A stretch of 64,000 bases of DNA from IMG/VR virus record IMGVR_UViG_2700988902_000001, positions 11,520 to 75,519 of that record; one strand, 5' to 3'. A program made the translations under genes and the position numbers. Positions 55,131 to 63,967 of this stretch are shown here, one piece after another (within the stretch, counting starts at the first letter, position 1; every line of letters begins with the position of its first letter). This stretch comes from Angelvirus px29 (taxonomy: Duplodnaviria; Heunggongvirae; Uroviricota; Caudoviricetes; Straboviridae). The notes under the pieces were generated by a model. The model had not been told where the DNA came from, made no database searches, and saw nothing but the letters and a program-made list of their open reading frames with translations.

Positions 55131-56625
55131 ACGCTTGTTCGTCGCTACGTGCGCGAGCTTCGTCAAACAACTCTTTGGTGTATTGATGGGAGCAAGTCCC
55201 GTCCATCAGATAAGTAACAAACTCGTTGCTGTGCTCATACTGAGCAAAACGCGGGTCAAGAACGTTTACAGTCTTATATTGACCGTCAATCTTGACGAGA
55301 CGCATACGACCAGCTTTAGAAGCTTTCCATGCAGCGTCTTTCGGATTCTTACGAACACCACGCCATTTGCCATTTACGCGAATTGCAGAGCATTTGTAAG
55401 CCCACTTCTGGGTGTCGCGGTCGCATTTCTGCAACAGTCCACCACCCATACCGAAAGCAACGTTTTCGACACTGAAACCCAGTTCTTTGATGAACTTCAG
55501 GCAAGCTTCGATGTCCTTATCAGAACTCAGACCGTCGCCTTGAATCACACGATAGCTACCATGCAGAACTTTATAGCCTTTGCTGTTCACAGTGAAACCA
55601 ACGTTTTTCGCGATAGTCTCCAGAGCATATCCGATATTATCAAACATGTCGCCAGAGTCAGGACGAATCACGCAAGTACCGCCGCGAGCCAGAATCTCTT
55701 TCTTGAATTCACCAGTGGTCAGACGATCAACCGCTGCTTTGTAGTCGATAGAGTCAGCAACAATCGCATAAACACCGTCGCCCCAGTTGCGAATGCTGTT
55801 CCAGAATGCTTCGTCTTCTTGTTCAGGAGTCAGCAAACCTTCATCACCATAGCAAATGGTAGTGCTATGCTCACGCGCTGGGATACTGATACCAACAGCG
55901 ATATCATGAGCCATGTTATAGATGTCTTGTGCAAGAATCAGAGCTTCAACGGTATCAGTACCCATGAAGTTGATCAGATGCGCCAGACCACCCAGTTTCG
56001 CCGCTTGTTCGCAAGTCGCACCGCGAGCACCGAAGTCGTGCAGGCGAGTTTTCAGAACAAAGTCAAGATCAGCACCTTCCAGATCTGAGGTTTCTTTCAG
56101 ATACTTTTTGCAAAGCTTCTTGATTTTGAAACTCAGAGTTGCAACAGAGCTGGGATACCAGTGACCGCGCAACACGAAAGTTTCGAGGTGACCACCGATG
56201 CTGAAAGCAGAACCGAAAGTCTCCAGAACCATAGTTGCATTACGACCCGGAATAACTTGACCGTCTTTTGCACCGTACATATTAACCGGCAGTTTACCAC
56301 CACGTTCAGTTGCAATTTTCATCCACATGTCATACGCGAAGATATCGCGGCCGAAGTGAGATTTGTAAAGCAAGTTTGCGCGAGTTACGTCAGCGACAGT
56401 AATACCCTGCTCCAGGACACGCGCAAGAAAGTGAAGACCAGACAACATCACAGGATCATCGATTCGCGGTTCGGCGTAGAAACTAGCGGCATCGCTACCT
56501 TCTGGGAACTGCCAAGGATGGCTGATTTTGTAAGAGTCAGTGGAAACACACAGATTGGATTTAAATACGTTCATTTGAAGGCTCCCTTCATTGATTGATG
56601 TTTTTGTTTTGTGATTTCTTATCAC
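55129..56625 (-). CDS. nadV: Nicotinamide phosphoribosyltransferase (NAMPT)
   Basis: 498 aa. Conserved ..STDSYKISHPWQ.. and full-length similarity to NadV/PBEF of KVP40-type phages. Confidence 0.9.
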   Translation of the reverse strand: MIRNHKTKTSINEGSLQMNVFKSNLCVSTDSYKISHPWQFPEGSDAASFYAEPRIDDPVMLSGLHFLARVLEQGITVADVTRANLLYKSHFGRDIFAYDMWMKIATERGGKLPVNMYGAKDGQVIPGRNATMVLETFGSAFSIGGHLETFVLRGHWYPSSVATLSFKIKKLCKKYLKETSDLEGADLDFVLKTRLHDFGARGATCEQAAKLGGLAHLINFMGTDTVEALILAQDIYNMAHDIAVGISIPAREHSTTICYGDEGLLTPEQEDEAFWNSIRNWGDGVYAIVADSIDYKAAVDRLTTGEFKKEILARGGTCVIRPDSGDMFDNIGYALETIAKNVGFTVNSKGYKVLHGSYRVIQGDGLSSDKDIEACLKFIKELGFSVENVAFGMGGGLLQKCDRDTQKWAYKCSAIRVNGKWRGVRKNPKDAAWKASKAGRMRLVKIDGQYKTVNVLDPRFAQYEHSNEFVTYLMDGTCSHQYTKELFDEARARSDEQA

Positions 56626-56697
56626 AAAAAGATTGTCTCATATCTTTAGACACAAAACAAGCTTTTTGTGAGGGGTATTTTCTACCCCTTCACGTTA

Positions 56698-57375
56698 TCA
56701 GAATACCAGTGCAGCGCCGAGAACTGCGGAGTTGTCATAACCAACGCCAGTGGTGACGGTGTGACGCATCTTGACATACGGCTGAATCATATGACCGGTG
56801 AAAGTCATTGCAACTTCATGCTCATTTGAGGTCGGAGTGTTCAGATCGAAATCGGTACGCTCATGGAAACCTTTGCGAGTGTAGTTGTAACCAACAGTCA
56901 TTTCCGGATGCAGTTCATAACTAACGCCAGCTTTCACTTTGCTGTAGTCTTGACCTTCGTTCATGAAGCTATAACCGGCACCAGCGTAGGTATACAGTTT
57001 AGCGAACGGCATATATTCAACAATGCCCTGAACGTAGGTTTCGTGATCGGTGTTGTCGCCTTCGAAAATGCCGTATTCGACACTCGGAACAAAGGTGAAA
57101 TCATCGGACACTTGCAGGCTCTTACCCAGAACACCAGCGGTGTGTTTGTTGGTTTCGTGCTTTACTTCCATGAAGTAGTCAGCTGGCAGAGCAACACCCA
57201 TACCGTATTCGGTTACATCGGTGTTAGTGTTACGCTCGATATAAACCTTTTCCAGTTGTACCTGAGCCAGTGTTTCGGTGATTTCAGACGCTTGAACGCG
57301 CTGAGTACAACCAAAAGCGGCAGCAGCCACAGCCAAACCTACGATTACGGAGTGAACAAAATTCTTAGACATCAA
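56698..57375 (-). CDS. Outer-membrane beta-barrel-like protein (signal peptide, C-terminal Phe)
   Basis: 225 aa. Signal peptide ..VGLAVAAAAFGCTQRVQA|SE. Alternating amphipathic beta-strand pattern rich in Y/G/T. C-terminal ..AALVF ends in Phe, as in OMP barrels. Confidence 0.6.
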   Translation of the reverse strand: MMSKNFVHSVIVGLAVAAAAFGCTQRVQASEITETLAQVQLEKVYIERNTNTDVTEYGMGVALPADYFMEVKHETNKHTAGVLGKSLQVSDDFTFVPSVEYGIFEGDNTDHETYVQGIVEYMPFAKLYTYAGAGYSFMNEGQDYSKVKAGVSYELHPEMTVGYNYTRKGFHERTDFDLNTPTSNEHEVAMTFTGHMIQPYVKMRHTVTTGVGYDNSAVLGAALVF

Positions 57376-57643
57376 GGTATTACCTCTTTAGTTAGTTGAA
57401 ATTAAAGCAACAACAAGAATCAACATTATGATTAGTACCTTGTTGTTACTATGTTTGCTTAACGTCTCTAGTATACGATGTTCTATTGCTATTTTTTGCG
57501 ATTGCTAACGGAACTATCAAAAACGTTAAGCTCAAGAACTTATGTTGATTATACATTAGTTCCAGTATATTGCAAACAATATCGTACAAGCCCATATTGC
57601 TACGATGGTTGACGGTCGGTGAAGAAAATCAAACCAATCGTCC

Positions 57644-57940
57644 TTACAGTAACTCCGTCATATATCGACTATACGCGATTGTATAATCGGAGTCAAATCC
57701 AGTAATGTCGTCCCAATCTTGATTAGGGTCTACCTTGATGATAAACCCATAACCGAGAAAAGGAATTTCACTGTTTGTTGCTACGCCAACAACGGTAGCT
57801 TTATACTTGCCAACGTTGCCGACTTTCTTGGAGACAAGTTCAACTTCAACTCGATCTCCGTTTTCAAACGGTCGCATCAAATAATCCTTGTTGTTTTGCT
57901 TGCTCGAATAGCGGGTGATTATCCGAAATCGATATATCAA
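57644..57940 (-). CDS. Hypothetical protein
   Basis: 98 aa. Confidence 0.45.
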   Translation of the reverse strand: MIYRFRIITRYSSKQNNKDYLMRPFENGDRVEVELVSKKVGNVGKYKATVVGVATNSEIPFLGYGFIIKVDPNQDWDDITGFDSDYTIAYSRYMTELL

Positions 57941-58103
57941 GAGCTTTTATGATAAGACTAATGTCTTGTAATGTCAACTCTTTTTTCACGATTTTGTGTG
58001 TTTTCGGAATATAGATTGAACCAACCAAACTATTTCCACCGCGACGATACCAGTTTTCTCGTTGCTCGATCAATTCGTGTTGATGAAGTGCATCTTGACT
58101 CAC
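57864..58103 (-). CDS. Hypothetical protein
   Basis: 79 aa. Overlaps its neighbour, so the start may be internal. Confidence 0.4.
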   Translation of the reverse strand: MSQDALHQHELIEQRENWYRRGGNSLVGSIYIPKTHKIVKKELTLQDISLIIKALDISISDNHPLFEQAKQQGLFDATV

Positions 58104-59074
58104 AGCAGATTACTCCTGTCACCATAGTTTACTTCTTCAACGTACATTTCGTAAAGGAAATTATCCCAGAACTCGGTATCCACTTTTTCACGCATACCGT
58201 TTTTCTTGGCGATAACAATCTCTTTCTCGACGTCATTCATGAGCTGTTCGAGATACGGGTTAACTTCATCGACAAGACTACGCTTTCCTAGCTTGATGTC
58301 AAGGATAAATTCGCGATGTTTCAGTGGGAATTTCAGATCACCAGTTCGATAGATCTCAAGCAGTTGCTCACCTCCGCGCACGGCATGAGACAGTGCTTTC
58401 CAGTCAACACCGACCTCTTCTTTGGCTTTCTTAGCACGATCACCGTATTCTTCCCAGATCTTTGTGATCTGATGCTCAAATTCAGTAAACTTGATGCCAT
58501 AAAGATACTTGCGACCCAACACTTCATAGAATTGAACAACTTCACCGGTTCGACTAATTTCAGCACCCGGGAACGTGAATTCATCGGTAGGCAGTCGTCC
58601 AACGAAGCTGGACAGACGGTAGCCACGTTCGTCTTGTGGTACTGCTTTGACTACTGCCATAACTCGTTCCAGAGCGGCCAATCGCGTACCTTTCACACCG
58701 TACTTTGTTGCTTGTTTGCGACAGTAACCCAAGAAAGCGTCCATCTTGGTAGTGTAGAACATCGAGCGTTTTTGATGAATGTAATCCCAATATTTCGTGG
58801 TTTCGATCAGTTGATTACTATGCAACATATCAATGCACATAGTTTCGCCTTTGCTTGCGAGTCGCAAGAACTGACGCAAGGACATCATTTCGGTATCGAT
58901 ATCATCAACGGTATTTTTACCTTTACCGCCAGTCGATTCGTTGTAGACCTCACGTCCACCAAGAATGATTTCGCGAGCAGTAGGGATAAAGATCCCTTTA
59001 TAATCTCGGTCGGATGTTGGCGTACTCAGCCCATACAAATGCGAGCCGAACACGGTTTTCATTAGAGTTTTCAT
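58100..59074 (-). CDS. Pol-beta-superfamily nucleotidyltransferase domain protein
   Basis: 324 aa. N-terminal FGSHLYGLSTPTSDRDYKGIF (GS-x10-DxD minimal NTase motif) plus a helical C-terminal domain. Confidence 0.6.
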   Translation of the reverse strand: MKTLMKTVFGSHLYGLSTPTSDRDYKGIFIPTAREIILGGREVYNESTGGKGKNTVDDIDTEMMSLRQFLRLASKGETMCIDMLHSNQLIETTKYWDYIHQKRSMFYTTKMDAFLGYCRKQATKYGVKGTRLAALERVMAVVKAVPQDERGYRLSSFVGRLPTDEFTFPGAEISRTGEVVQFYEVLGRKYLYGIKFTEFEHQITKIWEEYGDRAKKAKEEVGVDWKALSHAVRGGEQLLEIYRTGDLKFPLKHREFILDIKLGKRSLVDEVNPYLEQLMNDVEKEIVIAKKNGMREKVDTEFWDNFLYEMYVEEVNYGDRSNLL

Positions 59075-59418
59075 TTAGTTTCCTCGAAGAAGTCAACAGA
59101 TTTTGTGATTTGACTTGAACTTTCTTTGAAATAATCAACCACGGTTTGTTCGTTTCGACCCATAGCACTCATGAACATTTTTGCTTGGCTTATCGTCATT
59201 GGACCGGTAGTCCGATTCCAACCCAGAAAAACGAAATACTTCTCTTGTTCTTGAATCTGAATCCCATATCGAAGCAGATTCTTATTCAGAACCGGCAGCT
59301 TGCTCAAGAATTTATCGCGATCCAGATAGTTCATGATCTTGACGTAGACAAGACGACAAACGAGCAGGAACACGAAAAGAATAATAACTTCTTTCAGACC
59401 AATTTCAATAACGTTCAT
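59071..59418 (-). CDS. Membrane-anchored hypothetical protein
   Basis: 115 aa. N-terminal TM VIILFVFLLVCRLVYV. Confidence 0.45.
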   Translation of the reverse strand: MNVIEIGLKEVIILFVFLLVCRLVYVKIMNYLDRDKFLSKLPVLNKNLLRYGIQIQEQEKYFVFLGWNRTTGPMTISQAKMFMSAMGRNEQTVVDYFKESSSQITKSVDFFEETK

Positions 59419-59744
59419 TACTGCATCGCCTTTTGTTGATAGAGTTCAGCCAAGTTTTTGTTCAGTCGCTCGATAGCTTGATCCATAGTCTCAGCATTCG
59501 AATCATAATTATCAGCGGTCGAATCATAATGTGATGTCGATTTGCCATGATTCACAGACCAATGAGTCGAAGTTGTATCTGGGCAACGAGTCACATACAG
59601 ATTTTGATCTGATTTGGATCGTAGATAAAACACTTTACAGCCAGTTAGACCTTCCGGCATTTGATATGCGTTCGTGGTCTCAGTTGTTACAGTATCGCAT
59701 CCCATTAGAGCAAATGCAAGAGCAATTACAGCAAATTTTTTCAT
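59418..59744 (-). CDS. Lipoprotein
   Basis: 108 aa. MKKFAVIALAFALMGC|DT lipobox. Confidence 0.55.
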   Translation of the reverse strand: MKKFAVIALAFALMGCDTVTTETTNAYQMPEGLTGCKVFYLRSKSDQNLYVTRCPDTTSTHWSVNHGKSTSHYDSTADNYDSNAETMDQAIERLNKNLAELYQQKAMQ

Positions 59745-59862
59745 ATTTCAAGCCACTCCAGTATAGGTAAAATCGCTTTGAGAACCATGATCATGAAGTC
59801 GTTACTCCCGATCATGGCCCAGATTATCACGTTCAGAACTAACGCAATATCACATATTACAT

Positions 59863-60117
59863 TTAATCCTTTCGCCACCATTTGTCGTCGTCTCTCATGT
59901 CATTTGATGTATTAGATCTTATCACAACGGGAGAGGAAGTTACAAGTGGTTTTTCCATTATTTTTGTTTCGAGAGTAGCATATACAGGGATGTATTTCTG
60001 ACTGAAATCTTGACCTTGTAACATTTTCTCGAAATTGCGCAACACAATATCTTTATTCGGTCCGCTAATGTCTTGATACTTACTTGACATTAAACTGACG
60101 ATACAGATACTTGCCAA
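59863..60117 (-). CDS. Hypothetical protein
   Basis: 84 aa. Confidence 0.4.
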   Translation of the reverse strand: MASICIVSLMSSKYQDISGPNKDIVLRNFEKMLQGQDFSQKYIPVYATLETKIMEKPLVTSSPVVIRSNTSNDMRDDDKWWRKD

Positions 60118-60454
60118 AGATCAGCTTGTTCAGATCTTTGGCATTCTCCGCCTTTCGAAGCAGATTATAGGTTTCGTCAATCGACAGAACCCGAGTTTGT
60201 TGACCAGCGTCACTAATAAAAGAATATCCGTTAGTGGTATCGGTCGGAATTTTCGGGATACCATACGAATCGTGAATTCGAACGGTGATACTCTTGCTTT
60301 GCATTGCGGCAAAGATCTCGTTCCAGTGTTCGCGAATCCAAGAACGGCGCATATTGAATTGAGTTTGCGAACGTTCTTTGAAATAGCTGGCAACAAAGTA
60401 AACGATGGCAGCAAAAGCAATGAAAAGAGTTGTCATCATAGCGGCAGCGTAAGC
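60080..60454 (-). CDS. Membrane-anchored hypothetical protein
   Basis: Likely start MAYAAAMMTTLFIAFAAIVYFV (N-terminal TM). The track ORF extends further upstream. Confidence 0.45.
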   Translation of the reverse strand, partial: AYAAAMMTTLFIAFAAIVYFVASYFKERSQTQFNMRRSWIREHWNEIFAAMQSKSITVRIHDSYGIPKIPTDTTNGYSFISDAGQQTRVLSIDETYNLLRKAENAKDLNKLIFGKYLYRQFNVK

Positions 60455-60458
60455 CATT

Positions 60459-60758
60459 TTATTCTCCAGTTTCGTTTTTTGGAAGAGTATGAGTATCGAG
60501 ATCGTCGGCGCACTGTACCCAGAAGTCAAACACTTCCGATGGATAAAGCTCACGACTCATTCGAGTTTCGGACTCAAAATAGAACGTTAGAATATTCTTT
60601 TGTTTGAGTTCATACCCTTGTTTTTTGGAATTGTGCTGAATGATATCCCAGTTTTTCTTGATTCGCCGAGAGCTATAGAACTCAATGAACATAGTCATCA
60701 GCGAAACAACAGCAAGAATAACACCAGCGACAATACCGATTACATCAATCGACGTCAA
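60459..60758 (-). CDS. Membrane-anchored hypothetical protein
   Basis: 99 aa. N-terminal TM IGIVAGVILAVVSLMTMFI. Confidence 0.45.
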   Translation of the reverse strand: MTSIDVIGIVAGVILAVVSLMTMFIEFYSSRRIKKNWDIIQHNSKKQGYELKQKNILTFYFESETRMSRELYPSEVFDFWVQCADDLDTHTLPKNETGE

Positions 60759-61112
60759 TTATACCTCCAGTTTGTAGCAGTCAATGAAAGCCTGAGCGTT
60801 TTTGTTGATGAACTCAACAATTTTATCACAAGCCAGTTCTCTGGTTTTCTGTTTCCGCAGAACTGGAAACTTCACACCGGATTTCCACTTGCAATCACCA
60901 CAGATAGCTTCAAACTTGGTTTCACCAGCATGAAGCATGAAGTGAGCCCAACGATTGTTGAAATACTCAAGATCAGAACAACCAATCTTAGCACCAACCA
61001 TGATCACTTCCATTGTCTCTTCGCCGAGTGACTTGCGAGACTTAACGCGCACGTATTCTACCAGACGAGAATCGATTTTGGACTTTACTTGTTCAACAAG
61101 AGCTTGATTCAT
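60759..61112 (-). CDS. Hypothetical protein
   Basis: 117 aa. Confidence 0.45.
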   Translation of the reverse strand: MNQALVEQVKSKIDSRLVEYVRVKSRKSLGEETMEVIMVGAKIGCSDLEYFNNRWAHFMLHAGETKFEAICGDCKWKSGVKFPVLRKQKTRELACDKIVEFINKNAQAFIDCYKLEV

Positions 61113-61122
61113 GATTTTCTCC

Positions 61123-61353
61123 TTACGCTGCTTTTTTCGGGTTATTGTAAACGTAGGTTTTGCGACGTTGTACTTTACCGGCGAACTGAGCTTCCAGTTT
61201 AGCAGCGACTTGATCGCGAACCATTTCCACAGTCTTGTCGATGTAACGACCGATGGTACGCGGGGAAACGTTCAGTTCGCGAGCTACTTGAGCTTTGGTT
61301 TTCTTAGCAGCAGTTACAGCGAAGTAGGCTTTGATTTCGATGTTGTTCATGAT
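61123..61353 (-). CDS. Small DNA-binding (HTH-like) protein
   Basis: Likely start MNNIEIKAYF. Contains ..KAQVARELNVSPRTIGRYIDK.. (helix-turn-helix-like). Confidence 0.5.
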   Translation of the reverse strand: MMNNIEIKAYFAVTAAKKTKAQVARELNVSPRTIGRYIDKTVEMVRDQVAAKLEAQFAGKVQRRKTYVYNNPKKAA

Positions 61354-61377
61354 GTTTTCCTCAGAGTGATTGTTTCG

Positions 61378-61412
61378 TTTCAATGAGGCCATTATTACAT
61401 GGCCTCTTAGTC
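61378..61412 (-). promoter_or_regulatory. Early promoter with -10 inside an inverted repeat
   Basis: TTGACA-N16-TAATAA. IR GAGGCCAT-GTAATA-ATGGCCTC. Confidence 0.55.
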
Positions 61413-61421
61413 GTGTCAAAC

Positions 61422-61724
61422 TTATTTTTGAACTTTTTTCTGATTTTTCTGGATTTCTTTCCAGACTTGCTTTTGCAGCTTTTCGCGACAACCATTACGA
61501 TTCATCAGATAATCGTTGGTGATCTTTTGTTGAGCGTGAAACCAGTGAGCAACAGCTTCACTCAGAATAACACGCTGTTCAGCTTCCGGGAGTTTCTTGA
61601 ACTTCTCGATACCGAAGTATTTGATACGAGACACAACACCATTTGCCATACGCTCAAGCGCGTCACGATTAACATTGAACTGCTTTGCGATTGCGTCGAA
61701 CTGTGCTTGAATTGCCATATCCAT
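61422..61724 (-). CDS. Hypothetical protein
   Basis: Likely start MDMAIQAQFDAI (~101 aa). Promoter TTGCGT-N17-TACTAT (IR TGTGT/ACACA) at 61764-61792. Confidence 0.45.
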   Translation of the reverse strand: MDMAIQAQFDAIAKQFNVNRDALERMANGVVSRIKYFGIEKFKKLPEAEQRVILSEAVAHWFHAQQKITNDYLMNRNGCREKLQKQVWKEIQKNQKKVQK

Positions 61725-61808
61725 GATGTTTTCCTCAGTTGTGTATTTCGTTTCGATGTGTGTATAGTAACACAACGGCAGATCGACGCAAGGACTTTTA
61801 CACAAAAA

Positions 61809-61826
61809 AGCCACCCGAAGGTGGCT
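61809..61826 (-). terminator. Rho-independent terminator
   Basis: GCCACC-UUCG-GGUGGC followed by U6. Confidence 0.8.
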
Positions 61827-61831
61827 TTAGT

Positions 61832-63967
61832 TTACTTACAGGCTCTGGACAAGAATTTCTCCAAGTCTTTTCCTTTAAGTTTCTTACACATAGAATATCT
61901 ATTGTATTCTGTTGACTTCGATGGAATATACACAGAAACATATGAGTCTTCGCCATACTCAAGTTCTACGCCGTTAGCCGGAACGAACTCTTTCGGGTCA
62001 ACATACTCAAGAATTCCGTTCTTGCGCATCGGGATCATACCGTCATAGAAAGTATAAATCGCATAATCGCTAGTCTTGGCCATCTTGGCTTCGGTCAGCA
62101 TTTCACTGAACTTCATTGTTTTGCTTTCGTTCATGCTTCCCTTCATTTTGATTTGATGCTCTTTGTATTTGCTGAAAGTGTTCAGCTCAACTTCATAGCA
62201 TTTCAAGATCTTGACTTGCTTCTTCGGATCAAACACGGCCCATTCTGGTGAACGAACTGCATGATGATCGGTTGGATTCGGACAACCAGCAGAACGATAA
62301 TCTTTTCTGCGCTCACCAAGAATGGTTTCCATTTCGAACACATAACCACGAGTCCCAGCATGACGACCATAACCATCGTTACTCACGTATTGCAAAATCT
62401 TATCGATTTTGTTACTAAAGTAAAGACCATCGCCAAGCATACGACCAACAACCGATTTATCCTTACTCGGGATGATCTTGAAACCATAGCGAAGAACCAT
62501 GTTAGCAGCGATACCACCAGTACCGTGGAAAGCTGGCACAATTTGTTCCAGTTTGCCAATAGATTCTTGAGCTTTCAAGAACTCGTTATATTCTGGATAA
62601 GACAAGTTAACAGTGAAAGACTTGTGAATCAATGGGTAAGTGTTACCGTGTTTGCCTGCATAGTAGGTATCAACCAGATGCTTACCAATCAAATATTTCT
62701 GTTCGTCGCTGATATTGTCATCGCTAACAGCACAAGGCGGAACAACTGTGCTTGAATCAGCAGCAGATTCAACACGACGAATATAATCACTAAAGTTTTC
62801 GCCTTTCTTAGCGCGAATCTTAGCAGCTTTTACCAGTTCGTCTGGGTCAATCTCGTTAAACTCGAACATCTTCTTAACGCGACGCATATCAGGGGTATCA
62901 AACATGTTGATCGGACCACCAGATACTTGGTTATAGATGAACTTAACACCAGTCAAAGTATTGCGAACTTTGGTCTTGTAATAAGTTTCCAGTTCTTCAA
63001 AGAATGCGTTAGCAACCACTTCATCTTCTTTCATACCATTATAAATGATATCAACCAGAGTTTGTTGTGCTTTCGCTTTATCATCACGACGTCTAATACC
63101 GGTCAGATTTTCTTTGTTCATGAACTTAAATCCGAATTCGACCTCAAGAGCCATAAACTTAGCTGATGATTTTTCATCGAAATCAATCTTGTTGATGAAG
63201 TCATATGTAAAGTCACCAACATACTGTGCGTCCATGTCATCGCCAAAGTGCTCATATGCTGCAAGCAACATCGGAACACGAACGTGTGGTTCACATTGAC
63301 CAATACGAGACACAAAGCGTCTAACGCCATCTTTTGTTTTGATGTTATTAAGCAAGAAATTAACACGCTCTTCTACCTGAGTTTCTGTTGTAGCAGAGTC
63401 AAGATAGGTCGGCATCAGTTGCATAGCGTAATGCACTTCGGCAGGATTATCAATCTTCTGCAAAATCATTTCTTGAATTTCTTTGGTCACTTCTGGGAAC
63501 TTAGTCATTGACAGTTTCAGCGCCTCAAGCGGCGGATAATTCACGCTGTTCAGTTTTGTATAACGAACAACTGCCTTGGCCAATTGAGCAACTGCAATAG
63601 ACGGCATGAAACGCAATGGAATATGCGTCATTTCATTTGGTTTTGCGCCTGCGGTCATCTTGTATTCATAAACGAATTCGGTATCATCAAGATACATTTT
63701 CTTGAGCCAATATTCGGAAATGAAATCAAAGTTAGCACCGGTAATATAATCGCGAGTCAGATAAACAACCATATTGCGGAACTTGTTAATCGGCTCGGTA
63801 CCCTTGCCCCATGTCGGCAGACCCGGGATTGTTGGGTAAATCTTGGCAATCTCTTCGTTACAGACTTTAACCAATGTGGCTTGTGCCTTGGTATTGGTGA
63901 AAATATCAAACTCAGAACCAAACAGTGGGTTCTGTTTCATGTCCGTGCCTTGATGTCCCATAAGCAC
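61832..63967 (-). CDS. Large protein with C-terminal PARP-like (H-Y-E class) ADP-ribosyltransferase domain
   Basis: 711 aa. Near the C-terminus ..VPAFHGTGGIAANMVLRYGFKIIP..MLGDGLYFSNKIDKILQYVS..RGYVFEMETILGE matches PARP motifs H-G-S/T, G-x-G-h-Y-F, S..Y and a catalytic Glu. Confidence 0.55.
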   Translation of the reverse strand: MLMGHQGTDMKQNPLFGSEFDIFTNTKAQATLVKVCNEEIAKIYPTIPGLPTWGKGTEPINKFRNMVVYLTRDYITGANFDFISEYWLKKMYLDDTEFVYEYKMTAGAKPNEMTHIPLRFMPSIAVAQLAKAVVRYTKLNSVNYPPLEALKLSMTKFPEVTKEIQEMILQKIDNPAEVHYAMQLMPTYLDSATTETQVEERVNFLLNNIKTKDGVRRFVSRIGQCEPHVRVPMLLAAYEHFGDDMDAQYVGDFTYDFINKIDFDEKSSAKFMALEVEFGFKFMNKENLTGIRRRDDKAKAQQTLVDIIYNGMKEDEVVANAFFEELETYYKTKVRNTLTGVKFIYNQVSGGPINMFDTPDMRRVKKMFEFNEIDPDELVKAAKIRAKKGENFSDYIRRVESAADSSTVVPPCAVSDDNISDEQKYLIGKHLVDTYYAGKHGNTYPLIHKSFTVNLSYPEYNEFLKAQESIGKLEQIVPAFHGTGGIAANMVLRYGFKIIPSKDKSVVGRMLGDGLYFSNKIDKILQYVSNDGYGRHAGTRGYVFEMETILGERRKDYRSAGCPNPTDHHAVRSPEWAVFDPKKQVKILKCYEVELNTFSKYKEHQIKMKGSMNESKTMKFSEMLTEAKMAKTSDYAIYTFYDGMIPMRKNGILEYVDPKEFVPANGVELEYGEDSYVSVYIPSKSTEYNRYSMCKKLKGKDLEKFLSRACK

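Noticed and set aside
56670-56690. Hairpin AGGGGTA-TTTTC-TACCCCT after the OMP-like gene as a terminator
   Set aside because: No U-tract follows it on the transcribed strand. It is more likely a stabilising 3' hairpin than an intrinsic terminator.
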